A stretch of 64,000 nt of DNA, taken from an uncultured delta proteobacterium. GTDB taxonomy: Bacteria > Desulfobacterota > Binatia > DP-6. The DNA lies in contig CAWFFN010000012.1 in NCBI GenBank assembly GCA_963815115.1, positions 128,001-192,000 on the forward strand, in the 5' to 3' direction. The translations under genes were made by a program, and so were the position numbers. The notes below the pieces were generated by a model that was not told the origin of the DNA, made no database searches, and saw only the letters and a list, made by a program, of their open reading frames with translations. The stretch's first letter is position 1; every line of letters begins with the position of its first letter. Of this stretch, positions 47,678 to 55,591 are shown piece by piece.

Positions 47678-48090
47678 GCATCGTGCCCGACGTCCTGCCC
47701 CCGCTGCCCGAGCCCGGACCCGACTCCCGCGAGTTCTGGGAGGGGTGCCGGCGCCACGAGCTGCGCGTGCAGCGGTGCGCGGCCTGCCGCCGCGCCCGGT
47801 TCGCGCCCCGGCCGGCGTGTCCGTGGTGCGGATCGCCGCGGGTCGCATGGTTCACGGCCAGCGGCCGCGGGCGCGTCTTCACCTGGACGGTCGTCCACCG
47901 CCCGACGCTGGCCGCGTTCGAGCCGCTCCTGCCGTATGCCGCGGGGCTGATCGAGCTCGAGGAGGGCGTGTTCATGGCGGGGCAGATTCGCGGCTGCGCG
48001 CCGCGGCAGGTGCGTGCCGGGCTGGAGGTGCGAGTGGAGTTCGACGACGTCACCGCGGACGTGTCGTTGCCGCACTGGCGGGCGGTGTGA
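47674..48090 (+). CDS. DUF35 Zn-ribbon/OB-fold protein
   Basis: FWEG...QRCAAC...PRPACPWCG, SGRGRVFTWTVVH, LEEG. Confidence 0.9.
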   Translation: MSIVPDVLPPLPEPGPDSREFWEGCRRHELRVQRCAACRRARFAPRPACPWCGSPRVAWFTASGRGRVFTWTVVHRPTLAAFEPLLPYAAGLIELEEGVFMAGQIRGCAPRQVRAGLEVRVEFDDVTADVSLPHWRAV

Positions 48091-49112
48091 CGCCGGTCGT
48101 CGTCGGCATCGGCGCGACCCCCTTCGTTCGCCGCAGCGGTGCGAGTGCGGCGGGCCTCGCGGCGCGCGCCATCGTCGCGGCGGTGCGGGATGCGCGGGTC
48201 TCGTTCGAGGACATCGACGGGATCGTCCGCTTCGATCGCGAGGGCGCCTGGGAGTACGACTTCCCCGGCGTGATGCGCCTGCGGGCGCTCGACTACTACG
48301 GCGCCGTTCCCGACGGGCCGGGCAGCGCTCCGGCGCTGCTGCGGCTCGCCGCGATGGCGGTCTCGCAGGGCCTGGCCCGGGTGGTGGTGGGCTATCACGC
48401 CCGCGCGGGAGCCCGTCCGGAGGATGCCGACGCGGTGCGAGCCGCGGCGCTGCTCGCGCGCCGGCGGGCACCTCGCGTGGCAGCCGTCACGCTCGCCCTG
48501 CGGCGGGCGGCGGTGCGCAACCCGGCGGCCGTCCTGCGCGCACCGCTCACCAGGGCGGCGCACGCCCGCAGCCCTCATCTGGCGGCTCCGCTCCGCGAGG
48601 CCGACGCGGCGCCGCCGTCGGCCGGCGGCTGTGCGTTCGTGATGGCCGCACTCGAGCGTCCCGGCCCCCCGTGGCGGAAGCCGGTGCGGGTGCTCGGATC
48701 GATGCAGGCCGCCATCCCGAGCGCGTCGCGGCATCTCGAGGCGTGGCTCGAGAGCCGGCGTCGGGGCGTCCTCGAGGCCGCCGCGCGGCGTCTCTACGGC
48801 GACGCCGGCATCGGGCCGCGAGAGGTCGACGTCGCCTGTCTCTACGCGGCGCCGAGCGCGCTGGTGCTGCCCGCACTGGACGACTACGGGATCGGAGATC
48901 GCAACGGCCCCGGGCTGCCTCGCCGCCCGCGCGTGAACCCGCACGGCGGGCAGCTGGCGGAGGCGGCACTCGACGGCATCAACGACCTGCTCGAGGCGGT
49001 CCGACAGCTGCGCGGGGAGGCCGCCAGCCAGGTGCGCGGCGCGCGCGTGGCCCTGGTGGCCGGGTCGCCGCTCGAGCCCACCTCGGCGGTGCTGCTGGGA
49101 GCGCCCCCATGA
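48087..49112 (+). CDS. Degenerate thiolase-fold protein
   Basis: VVVGIGATPF, NPHGGQLAEA, EAVRQLRGEA; shorter than upstream paralog, with YAAPS in place of YDHFT. Confidence 0.75.
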   Translation: MTPVVVGIGATPFVRRSGASAAGLAARAIVAAVRDARVSFEDIDGIVRFDREGAWEYDFPGVMRLRALDYYGAVPDGPGSAPALLRLAAMAVSQGLARVVVGYHARAGARPEDADAVRAAALLARRRAPRVAAVTLALRRAAVRNPAAVLRAPLTRAAHARSPHLAAPLREADAAPPSAGGCAFVMAALERPGPPWRKPVRVLGSMQAAIPSASRHLEAWLESRRRGVLEAAARRLYGDAGIGPREVDVACLYAAPSALVLPALDDYGIGDRNGPGLPRRPRVNPHGGQLAEAALDGINDLLEAVRQLRGEAASQVRGARVALVAGSPLEPTSAVLLGAPP

Positions 49113-49924
49113 GCGATGCGCTCGATCGGCTGACCGTCGGACACTACATGCTGCGGAACTGGTCGCTCGAGGAGGACGTGCGCCACTTGGGGCGCCTCGG
49201 CTTCCACTCCATCAGCCTCGCCAGCACCAAGCTGGCGGCGTACGGGCCGGCGCGTGCCGTGCGGCTGCTGCGGGGGTCGGGACTGCGGGTGGCGCATCTC
49301 GGCTCCTACGGGCGCTTCGGTACCGAGGCCCGGACGATCAGGCGCGGCCTCGACGAGGTACGCCGTGCGCTCGGCTGGCTGCACGCGCTCGACGGCGACG
49401 TGCTGGTCGTGATCAGCGGCGGGCGCGGCGGCGCGCCGTGGGAGCAGGCGGCGCGCGCCTATGCCGACGCGTACGCCGCGCTGCTTCCCGAGGCGACCGC
49501 GGCCGGCGTGCGGCTCGCCATCGAGGTGATCCACCCGTTGCGGCAGGACCTGTCCTTCATCAGCACGCTCGACGACGCGCGCGAGATCGCCGTGCAAGCA
49601 GGCCGCCGGGGCGGCTACGTGCTGGACTTCTGGCACTCCGGCTGGGAGCGCGGGCTGCTCGCCGCCATCCGCCGCGACGCCGCGCGACGCATCCACGCGG
49701 TTCAGGTTTCCGACTACAAGCGCCTGACGATGCGCACGCTCGACCGCGCCCTGCTCGGCAAGGGCATCCTTCCGCTCGGGGCGATGGTCCGCGCGCTCGA
49801 GGAGGGCGGCTACCGGGGCTGGTACGAGGCCGAGATCATCAGCGACGACGTCGAGCGGATGGGGTACGAGCGCGTGCTCAGACACACGCGCAGCGCGATG
49901 GCGCGCCTGCTGTCCGCTGCCTAG
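49109..49924 (+). CDS. Sugar phosphate isomerase/epimerase (xylose isomerase-like TIM barrel)
   Basis: LAIEVIHP, LDFWH, VQVSD, DRALLGKG, GYRGWYEAE. Confidence 0.88.
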   Translation: MSDALDRLTVGHYMLRNWSLEEDVRHLGRLGFHSISLASTKLAAYGPARAVRLLRGSGLRVAHLGSYGRFGTEARTIRRGLDEVRRALGWLHALDGDVLVVISGGRGGAPWEQAARAYADAYAALLPEATAAGVRLAIEVIHPLRQDLSFISTLDDAREIAVQAGRRGGYVLDFWHSGWERGLLAAIRRDAARRIHAVQVSDYKRLTMRTLDRALLGKGILPLGAMVRALEEGGYRGWYEAEIISDDVERMGYERVLRHTRSAMARLLSAA

Positions 49925-50418
49925 GGCGCGCAGGCGGAGCTGGTCTCCAGCTCGCAGCGCGACGTGCAGCAGTCGCCGTCCAGGGTGTTGCCGTCGTCGC
50001 AGTCCTCGCCGGCGTCGCGATGACCGTCGCCACACGTCGGGATGCGACGCGCGTGGAAATGCAGGGCGCCCGTGCTCGCACGCACCACGCCGCTCATGAC
50101 GTCGCAGGCGGCGTCGATCCGGGCCCGGACTCGCCGCGAGTCGGTGCCGCACGAGGCCCACGCGGTGCGCAGCCTGGTCCCGTCCCGGCCCTCGTGCACG
50201 ACCGTCATGGCCGCGGGCGCGCAGCCCGTCGCCAGGAGCACGATGCCGCCGCGCAGCTCGATCAGACCTGCCGGGCCACCTATCGGGACATCAGGGCCGC
50301 CATCGACCACGAATCGCCCGAGAGCGCAGGGGCGCCCGAAGCGGGCGGTGAGGAGCGGCGACAGCGCCGCGGCCACGTAGAGCGCGGCCAGCGCCCGCAG
50401 GATCCGTGCCCGCGACAT
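49921..50418 (-). CDS. Small secreted protein with DUF4215-like Cys-rich repeat
   Basis: Hydrophobic N-terminus; CGDGHRDAGEDCDDGNTLDGDCCTSRC. Confidence 0.72.
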   Translation of the reverse strand: MSRARILRALAALYVAAALSPLLTARFGRPCALGRFVVDGGPDVPIGGPAGLIELRGGIVLLATGCAPAAMTVVHEGRDGTRLRTAWASCGTDSRRVRARIDAACDVMSGVVRASTGALHFHARRIPTCGDGHRDAGEDCDDGNTLDGDCCTSRCELETSSACAP

Positions 50419-50471
50419 CGTGCCGCAAGCATAGGCTCCTCGGCACACATCGATTCAATGGGGTTGACTGA

Positions 50472-51551
50472 TCAGCGCGGCTCGAAGACGGTGACGTCGA
50501 TCCCGCGCTCGGAGAGCGTTCGCCTGACGTCCCCGTCGAGCAGCTGCCTGGCGGCCTCGTTCTCCTTCAGGGTCGCATCCCAGTGCGCGAGCCCCAGGCC
50601 GCGCACCCAGCGATAGGCGTGGTCCGGTGGCGCCAGCTGGTCGATCGGGGGCACGCGGTGGGCCACCTCCTCGAAGGCGCCGGGCGGCGGCATGAGGCGG
50701 AAGATCTCGTGCACCTGCTCGATCCGGTCGCAGAAGTGCATGTGGTCCGTGTTGTTCATCACCACGAGCTTCTTCCATCGGGACGGCGTCCGATCGAACA
50801 GGTCGTGCATCCCGCCGAGCGGGAGCAGCGAGTCGCGCTCCGCGACCAGGAACAGGGTCGGGACCTCGCGTCCCCAGCCGAAGTCGAGAGCCTCGTGCAG
50901 CGCCGGGACGGGTATCGGTGTCGCGCCCCCGGCGGGTGCGAGCGGAAGGGCCGCGCGGATGCGGCGATCCCGGGCCGTGACGACCAGCGTCGTCCATCCT
51001 CCGAAGCTGTGCCCGCTCATCCCGATGCGTTCCCGGTCGATGAGAGTGCCGAGGTCGCCGGAGAGCCCGTCGAGGAGCTGATCGAGGAGCACGCGGACGT
51101 CGGCGGGCCGTGCCACGGCGAAGGTACGCAGGGTGTCCCCGAAATCCGGCAGCGCGCCACCGGTCCGGGCCGTGAGGGTGGCCTGCATCACGTCGAACAC
51201 GGTGTTGCCGGTGTGATCGCAGGCCGCGACCACGTAGCCGTGGCTGGCGACGTGGGTGCAGAGGAAGGTGCTCTGCCGGCGATGGCCACCGAAGCCGTGC
51301 GAGAAGAGGACCAGCGGATGCACCCCGGATCGCGGCGCGGCATCCCGCACCGCCTCCTGGGTGACGGGTGGAAGGCCCGGCAGCATCTCGTATGCATCCT
51401 GCCGGCCGTCCAGGTCGGCACCGGCGTGCGCGTCGGTGGCCGGGTACCATACCTCGACGGCCAGCGTGCGGTCGTCGCGCGTGCGGTCCCGCAACGTGAA
51501 CGTTCGCACCCCGACCGGAAACGGGCCGCGAGCGAAGGGGTCGTAGGTCAT
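50472..51551 (-). CDS. Alpha/beta hydrolase (dienelactone hydrolase/PAF-acetylhydrolase-like)
   Basis: GPFPVG, EVWYP, FSHGFGG, GHSFGG, DHMHFCD. Confidence 0.88.
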   Translation of the reverse strand: MTYDPFARGPFPVGVRTFTLRDRTRDDRTLAVEVWYPATDAHAGADLDGRQDAYEMLPGLPPVTQEAVRDAAPRSGVHPLVLFSHGFGGHRRQSTFLCTHVASHGYVVAACDHTGNTVFDVMQATLTARTGGALPDFGDTLRTFAVARPADVRVLLDQLLDGLSGDLGTLIDRERIGMSGHSFGGWTTLVVTARDRRIRAALPLAPAGGATPIPVPALHEALDFGWGREVPTLFLVAERDSLLPLGGMHDLFDRTPSRWKKLVVMNNTDHMHFCDRIEQVHEIFRLMPPPGAFEEVAHRVPPIDQLAPPDHAYRWVRGLGLAHWDATLKENEAARQLLDGDVRRTLSERGIDVTVFEPR

Positions 51552-51627
51552 TCGCCAACGGCTATGCGGGAGGGGGGCGGTGGTCAAGACTCTTGACGCC
51601 GCAGTCCGCGGAGGAGAAAGGGAGGGC

Positions 51628-52359
51628 ATGGCAGCCCGGGCAGACGGCCCGTGTGCGGCGTGCGGTGTCGAGAACGCGGCCGATCACAACTTCTGCAAGA
51701 GCTGTGGGACCCCGCTCAGCCTCGACGAGTCCGGCGACGAGCTGAAGCTCAACTTCGCCGAGCGCACGCGCGACCGCTGTCTCGACCTCCTGAAGGCGTA
51801 CCCCGACAATCCCCGCGCCCACTTCGATCTCGGCCTCGCCTACTATCACCTCGGCCAGACGGGCAACGCGACGCGCGCCTTCGAGCGCTGCCTCCAGATC
51901 GAGGACGCCTATCCCGCCGCACACTTCCAGCTTGCGCTCTGCCACTACCGGCGCGGCGCGATGGGCGAGTGCGCGGCGGCGGCGCGCAAGGCGATCGAGC
52001 TGAACCCCTCCTCGGCTCCGGCGCACTTCCGGCTGGCCATCGCGCTCTTCCACCAGGCGCGGCTCGACGAGGCGGCGCGCGCCTTCGAGCGTACCATCGC
52101 AGTCGACCCGGAGTACGTCATCGGCTGGTACCACCTGGGCGTCATCCGCGAGCGCCAGAAGAACGTCGACGACGCGATCGCCTGCTTCGAGAAGGTCGTG
52201 GAAGCGAATCCCGACGATGCGTCGGCCCACTACCACCTCGGCCTGTGCTACGAGCATCAGGGCCTCGACGGCCTCGCGATCAGCGCGCTCTCGCGGGCGC
52301 TCGAGCTCGATCCGTCGGATACCGCCGCGGCCGCCGCCCTGCAGGAGCTCCAGCGCTAG
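51628..52359 (+). CDS. Zinc-ribbon plus TPR repeat protein
   Basis: CAACGVEN...FCKSCG followed by about five TPRs (AHFDLGLAY, AHFQLA, AHFRLA, GWYHLG, AHYHLG). Confidence 0.88.
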   Translation: MAARADGPCAACGVENAADHNFCKSCGTPLSLDESGDELKLNFAERTRDRCLDLLKAYPDNPRAHFDLGLAYYHLGQTGNATRAFERCLQIEDAYPAAHFQLALCHYRRGAMGECAAAARKAIELNPSSAPAHFRLAIALFHQARLDEAARAFERTIAVDPEYVIGWYHLGVIRERQKNVDDAIACFEKVVEANPDDASAHYHLGLCYEHQGLDGLAISALSRALELDPSDTAAAAALQELQR

Positions 52360-53936
52360 ATATCGTCGCCGAGGCCGGGCTCGCGCTCTCCATGGCGAGC
52401 GGCCGCGATCGCCGCGGTGAAGAGCCCGCTCAGTATCCCCACGGCGACGAGACCGGCGAGGCCCACCCAGTCGCCTGCCGAGCGAGGATGAATGAGGCTC
52501 GCCAGCGCCGGGCCGAGGGCGAGGCCAGCGTGGGGATCGCTCCGCATCGTCTTGAGCGCCCCGAGGGTGGCCACGAGAAGTCCGGAGGCCACGATCGCCA
52601 CGATGCCGCCTGCGACGCCTCGCCCCACCAGCGCGGCGGTCCCGAGCGGCACGCCGCTCGCGGGCGGGTCGACCCGGAAGGTCGGCTCCCGGGTCCCGAG
52701 CGGGACGAAGCGGGCGAGCAGGATGAGCCCCGGCGCACCGGACGCGATGGTGAGCCAGAAGAAGGCTTTCCAGCCGACGGCGTCGACGATGAACCCGCAG
52801 ATCGGGCCCGCGATCAGCCGGGGCACCCCGAACAGGCTCGAGAAGAGCGCATACTGGGTCGCCGAGAAGCGCTTCTGGGTGAGCCGGAGCAGGAGCACGG
52901 CGAACGCGCCCGTACCCATGCCCGCGCACAGGCTCTCGAATCCCGTCGCCGCGTACATGAGCGGGCGATTCACCGGGCTGCCCGCCAGCAGCACGTAGCC
53001 CAGGCTGGCGAACGACTGCAGGAAGCCGAAGAGCCAGAGGCTGTGGCCGAGTCCGATGACGGTGGTGACGACGCCTCCGAGGAAGGTTCCTCCGAGGCTC
53101 GCCGCGAGGCCGATGGTCGCCAGCGCCACGCCGCGGTCGGTATCGCTGTAGCCCATGTCGACCAGGAACGGTCGTATCAGTGCCATCGCGAGGTTGTCGG
53201 CGAGCTTGTAGAGGACGACGAAGGCGAGGATCTCGAGCGCTCGATGGCGCGCCAGCAGCGCCAGGAAGGGCTGCCACACCGCTTCGCGAAGGCTGGCGGG
53301 ACGCGCGGGTTGCTGGGCGGGCTCGGGCGCCAGCCAGGTGATGACGAGCATCGGCAGGTAGAGCAGCGCGAGTCCGATGTTCACCAGCGGCCAGGAGTAC
53401 CGTCCGGCGAGGGTGATGGCCACGCCGCCGGCGACGAACATCGCGGCGCGGTAGAGCGCGGTCCGCGCGCCGACCGCCACGCCCTGCTCCTCGGGCAGCA
53501 GCACGTCGACGGCGTAGGCGTCGATGGCGATGTCCTGCGTCGCCGAGGCGAACGCGATCGCCAGGGCGAGCGCCCCGACGACCCACGGAGCGTCGGGATG
53601 ATGTCCCACCCCCGCGAGCGCCAGCCCGAGGGCCAGCAGGACGAGCTGCGAGATCGCGGCCCAGCCCCGTCGCCGCCCGAGCCACGGGGGCTGATAGCGG
53701 TCGAGGAACGGCGACCACAGCACCTTGAGCGACCATGGCGCCTGGGCAAGCGTGATCAGGCCGACGAGTCGGATGTCCAGCCCGATCGAGCGCATCCAGT
53801 CCGGGATCGCGATCAGTACCAGGCCGAGCGGGAGCCCCGAGGAGAACGACAGGAGCACGACGGAGGCCGTTCGCCAGGAGCGCAACGCCTCCAGCAGGCC
53901 CCTTCGACCGTCGTGCGTCCCGGTCCCCTTCCCCAC
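52356..53936 (-). CDS. ampG: AmpG-family muropeptide MFS transporter
   Basis: SFSSGLPL, PWSLKVLWSPFLD, GRRRGW, ASATQDIAIDAY, YKLADNL, FSATQYALFSSL. Confidence 0.85.
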   Translation of the reverse strand: MGKGTGTHDGRRGLLEALRSWRTASVVLLSFSSGLPLGLVLIAIPDWMRSIGLDIRLVGLITLAQAPWSLKVLWSPFLDRYQPPWLGRRRGWAAISQLVLLALGLALAGVGHHPDAPWVVGALALAIAFASATQDIAIDAYAVDVLLPEEQGVAVGARTALYRAAMFVAGGVAITLAGRYSWPLVNIGLALLYLPMLVITWLAPEPAQQPARPASLREAVWQPFLALLARHRALEILAFVVLYKLADNLAMALIRPFLVDMGYSDTDRGVALATIGLAASLGGTFLGGVVTTVIGLGHSLWLFGFLQSFASLGYVLLAGSPVNRPLMYAATGFESLCAGMGTGAFAVLLLRLTQKRFSATQYALFSSLFGVPRLIAGPICGFIVDAVGWKAFFWLTIASGAPGLILLARFVPLGTREPTFRVDPPASGVPLGTAALVGRGVAGGIVAIVASGLLVATLGALKTMRSDPHAGLALGPALASLIHPRSAGDWVGLAGLVAVGILSGLFTAAIAAARHGEREPGLGDDI

Positions 53937-54072
53937 CGCGCGCTCGCTTAGCAGGGCCTCTCGGTCCGTGCGAACGCTTCCGGGCCTCCGACCTGCGCCT
54001 CTTTTCGGGAATGTGCGTTCTCTGGTAAGCCGCCCCTGCCGAGCGAACGATCGTTCGTGCGACGGAGGACGG

Positions 54073-55260
54073 ATGGACACCCCGACCGAGCCCATGATCT
54101 CGAGCGATTCCCACATCGTCGAGCCCCCCGACCTGTGGGAGCGGTGGCTCGAGCCCGCGTTCCGTCCCTTTGCGCCCAAGCTGGTGAAGGACGACGAGGG
54201 TGGGGACGCCTGGCTGTACAACGACGGCGGGGCGCCCGCGCCGCTGGGGCTGGTCACCGTCACCCGTGACCGGCCGCGCGAGCAGCTGCGCTGGTCGGGG
54301 GCGCGCTACGCCACCATCAACCGCGGAAACTACGAGGGCGAGGCGCGGGTCGCGGAGATGCTGGAAGACGGCGTCGTGGCCGAGGTCATCTACTCGCCCC
54401 AGCGCACCATGCGCCACTTCATGCAGGGGACCGAGGATGCGCTCCATCTCGCCGGCGTGCGGGCGTACAACGATTGGCTGGCGACGGATTTCTGTGCCCG
54501 GGCTCCCGAGCGCCTGATCGGCATCGCGCAGATGCCGGCGATCGGCATCGAGCCGGCCATCGCCGAGATGCGCCGCGCCAAGTCGATCGGGTTGCGCGGC
54601 GTCCTCCTGTCGTCGTGGCCGAGCGGCAACCCGAGCCTCTCGCCCGTCGACGACCCCTTCTTCGCGGAGGCCGAGGCGCTGGGCATGCCGATCAGCCTGC
54701 ACATCGGGCTGGCGTCGCGCACCAAGGCGTCGCCGAAGCCGAAGACGCCGATGGAGGAGAAGGCCGCGCGCGGCGAGGGAACGGGCGGCCGGCAGGTGTC
54801 GGTGCTCTCGGGCGCCGGACTCGACTCGATGCCGCTGCTGCTGGGCGAGATCATCCTCACCGGAGTGCACGATCGCTTCCCCCGGCTCACCTTCGTCTCG
54901 GTGGAGGCGGGGATCGGCTGGGTGCCGTACTTCCTCGAGCAGATGGACGACCGCTACGAGCGCAACCGGCACTGGGCGAAGGTGAGGCTCGAGCGCACGC
55001 CGAGCTCGTACGTGCGGACGAACTGGCGCTTCACCTTCGTCATCGACCACTACGGGGTGAAGAACCGCCACGCGGTGGGGGTCGAGAACGTGATGTGGTC
55101 CACCGACTACCCGCACCACGGCTGCGACTGGCCTCACTCGCGCCGCACGGTGGCTGCCATGTTCGAGGGTGTGCCGCCCGACCAGCGCCAGGCGATCACC
55201 TACGGCAACTGCGCTCGACTCTACGACGTCAGGGTAGGCGAGCCGGTCCCGGCCTCGTAG
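54073..55260 (+). CDS. Amidohydrolase (Amidohydro_2) family protein
   Basis: ISSDSHIVEP, AYNDWL, ISLHIG, VEAGIGW, WSTDYPHH, YGNCARLY. Confidence 0.92.
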   Translation: MDTPTEPMISSDSHIVEPPDLWERWLEPAFRPFAPKLVKDDEGGDAWLYNDGGAPAPLGLVTVTRDRPREQLRWSGARYATINRGNYEGEARVAEMLEDGVVAEVIYSPQRTMRHFMQGTEDALHLAGVRAYNDWLATDFCARAPERLIGIAQMPAIGIEPAIAEMRRAKSIGLRGVLLSSWPSGNPSLSPVDDPFFAEAEALGMPISLHIGLASRTKASPKPKTPMEEKAARGEGTGGRQVSVLSGAGLDSMPLLLGEIILTGVHDRFPRLTFVSVEAGIGWVPYFLEQMDDRYERNRHWAKVRLERTPSSYVRTNWRFTFVIDHYGVKNRHAVGVENVMWSTDYPHHGCDWPHSRRTVAAMFEGVPPDQRQAITYGNCARLYDVRVGEPVPAS

Positions 55261-55298
55261 ACGGGTAGCGGCCGTCCCGGTCCCTTCACGCGGATCTC

Positions 55299-55515
55299 GC
55301 CCCGCGAGGGCACGGGAGGCGACCGCGCACCCGGCGCCGCGTCCCGCCAGCGGCCACCATCCCGAGCGCCCGACCCCGAGCGCGACCCGGCCCCGGGGGG
55401 GCCCCCTCGGCGGACCGGCCGGCGCGGTCCCGCAAGGTGCCGCCGTCCCGGCAGCCGGGGCAAACCGCAAGGGTGCCGGCTGCGTAACTTCTCCCGTGAC
55501 CACGGTACGGTCGCC
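55299..55515 (+). ncRNA. Candidate structured non-coding RNA / leader (unclassified)
   Basis: Three GNRA-capped stems and long-range complementary segments in the largest intergenic gap; not matched to a known family. Confidence 0.25.
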
Positions 55516-55591
55516 GGCCTGGCGAACGAGGCAAGATTACGCGATGATCTTGGCGTCGTTTCGATCGATCTTGCACGCAAAGGAGCTACCC

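Noticed and set aside
55451-55483. c-di-GMP-I riboswitch suggested by GGGCAAACC
   Set aside because: The downstream GACGCAAAGC junction and second stem are missing.
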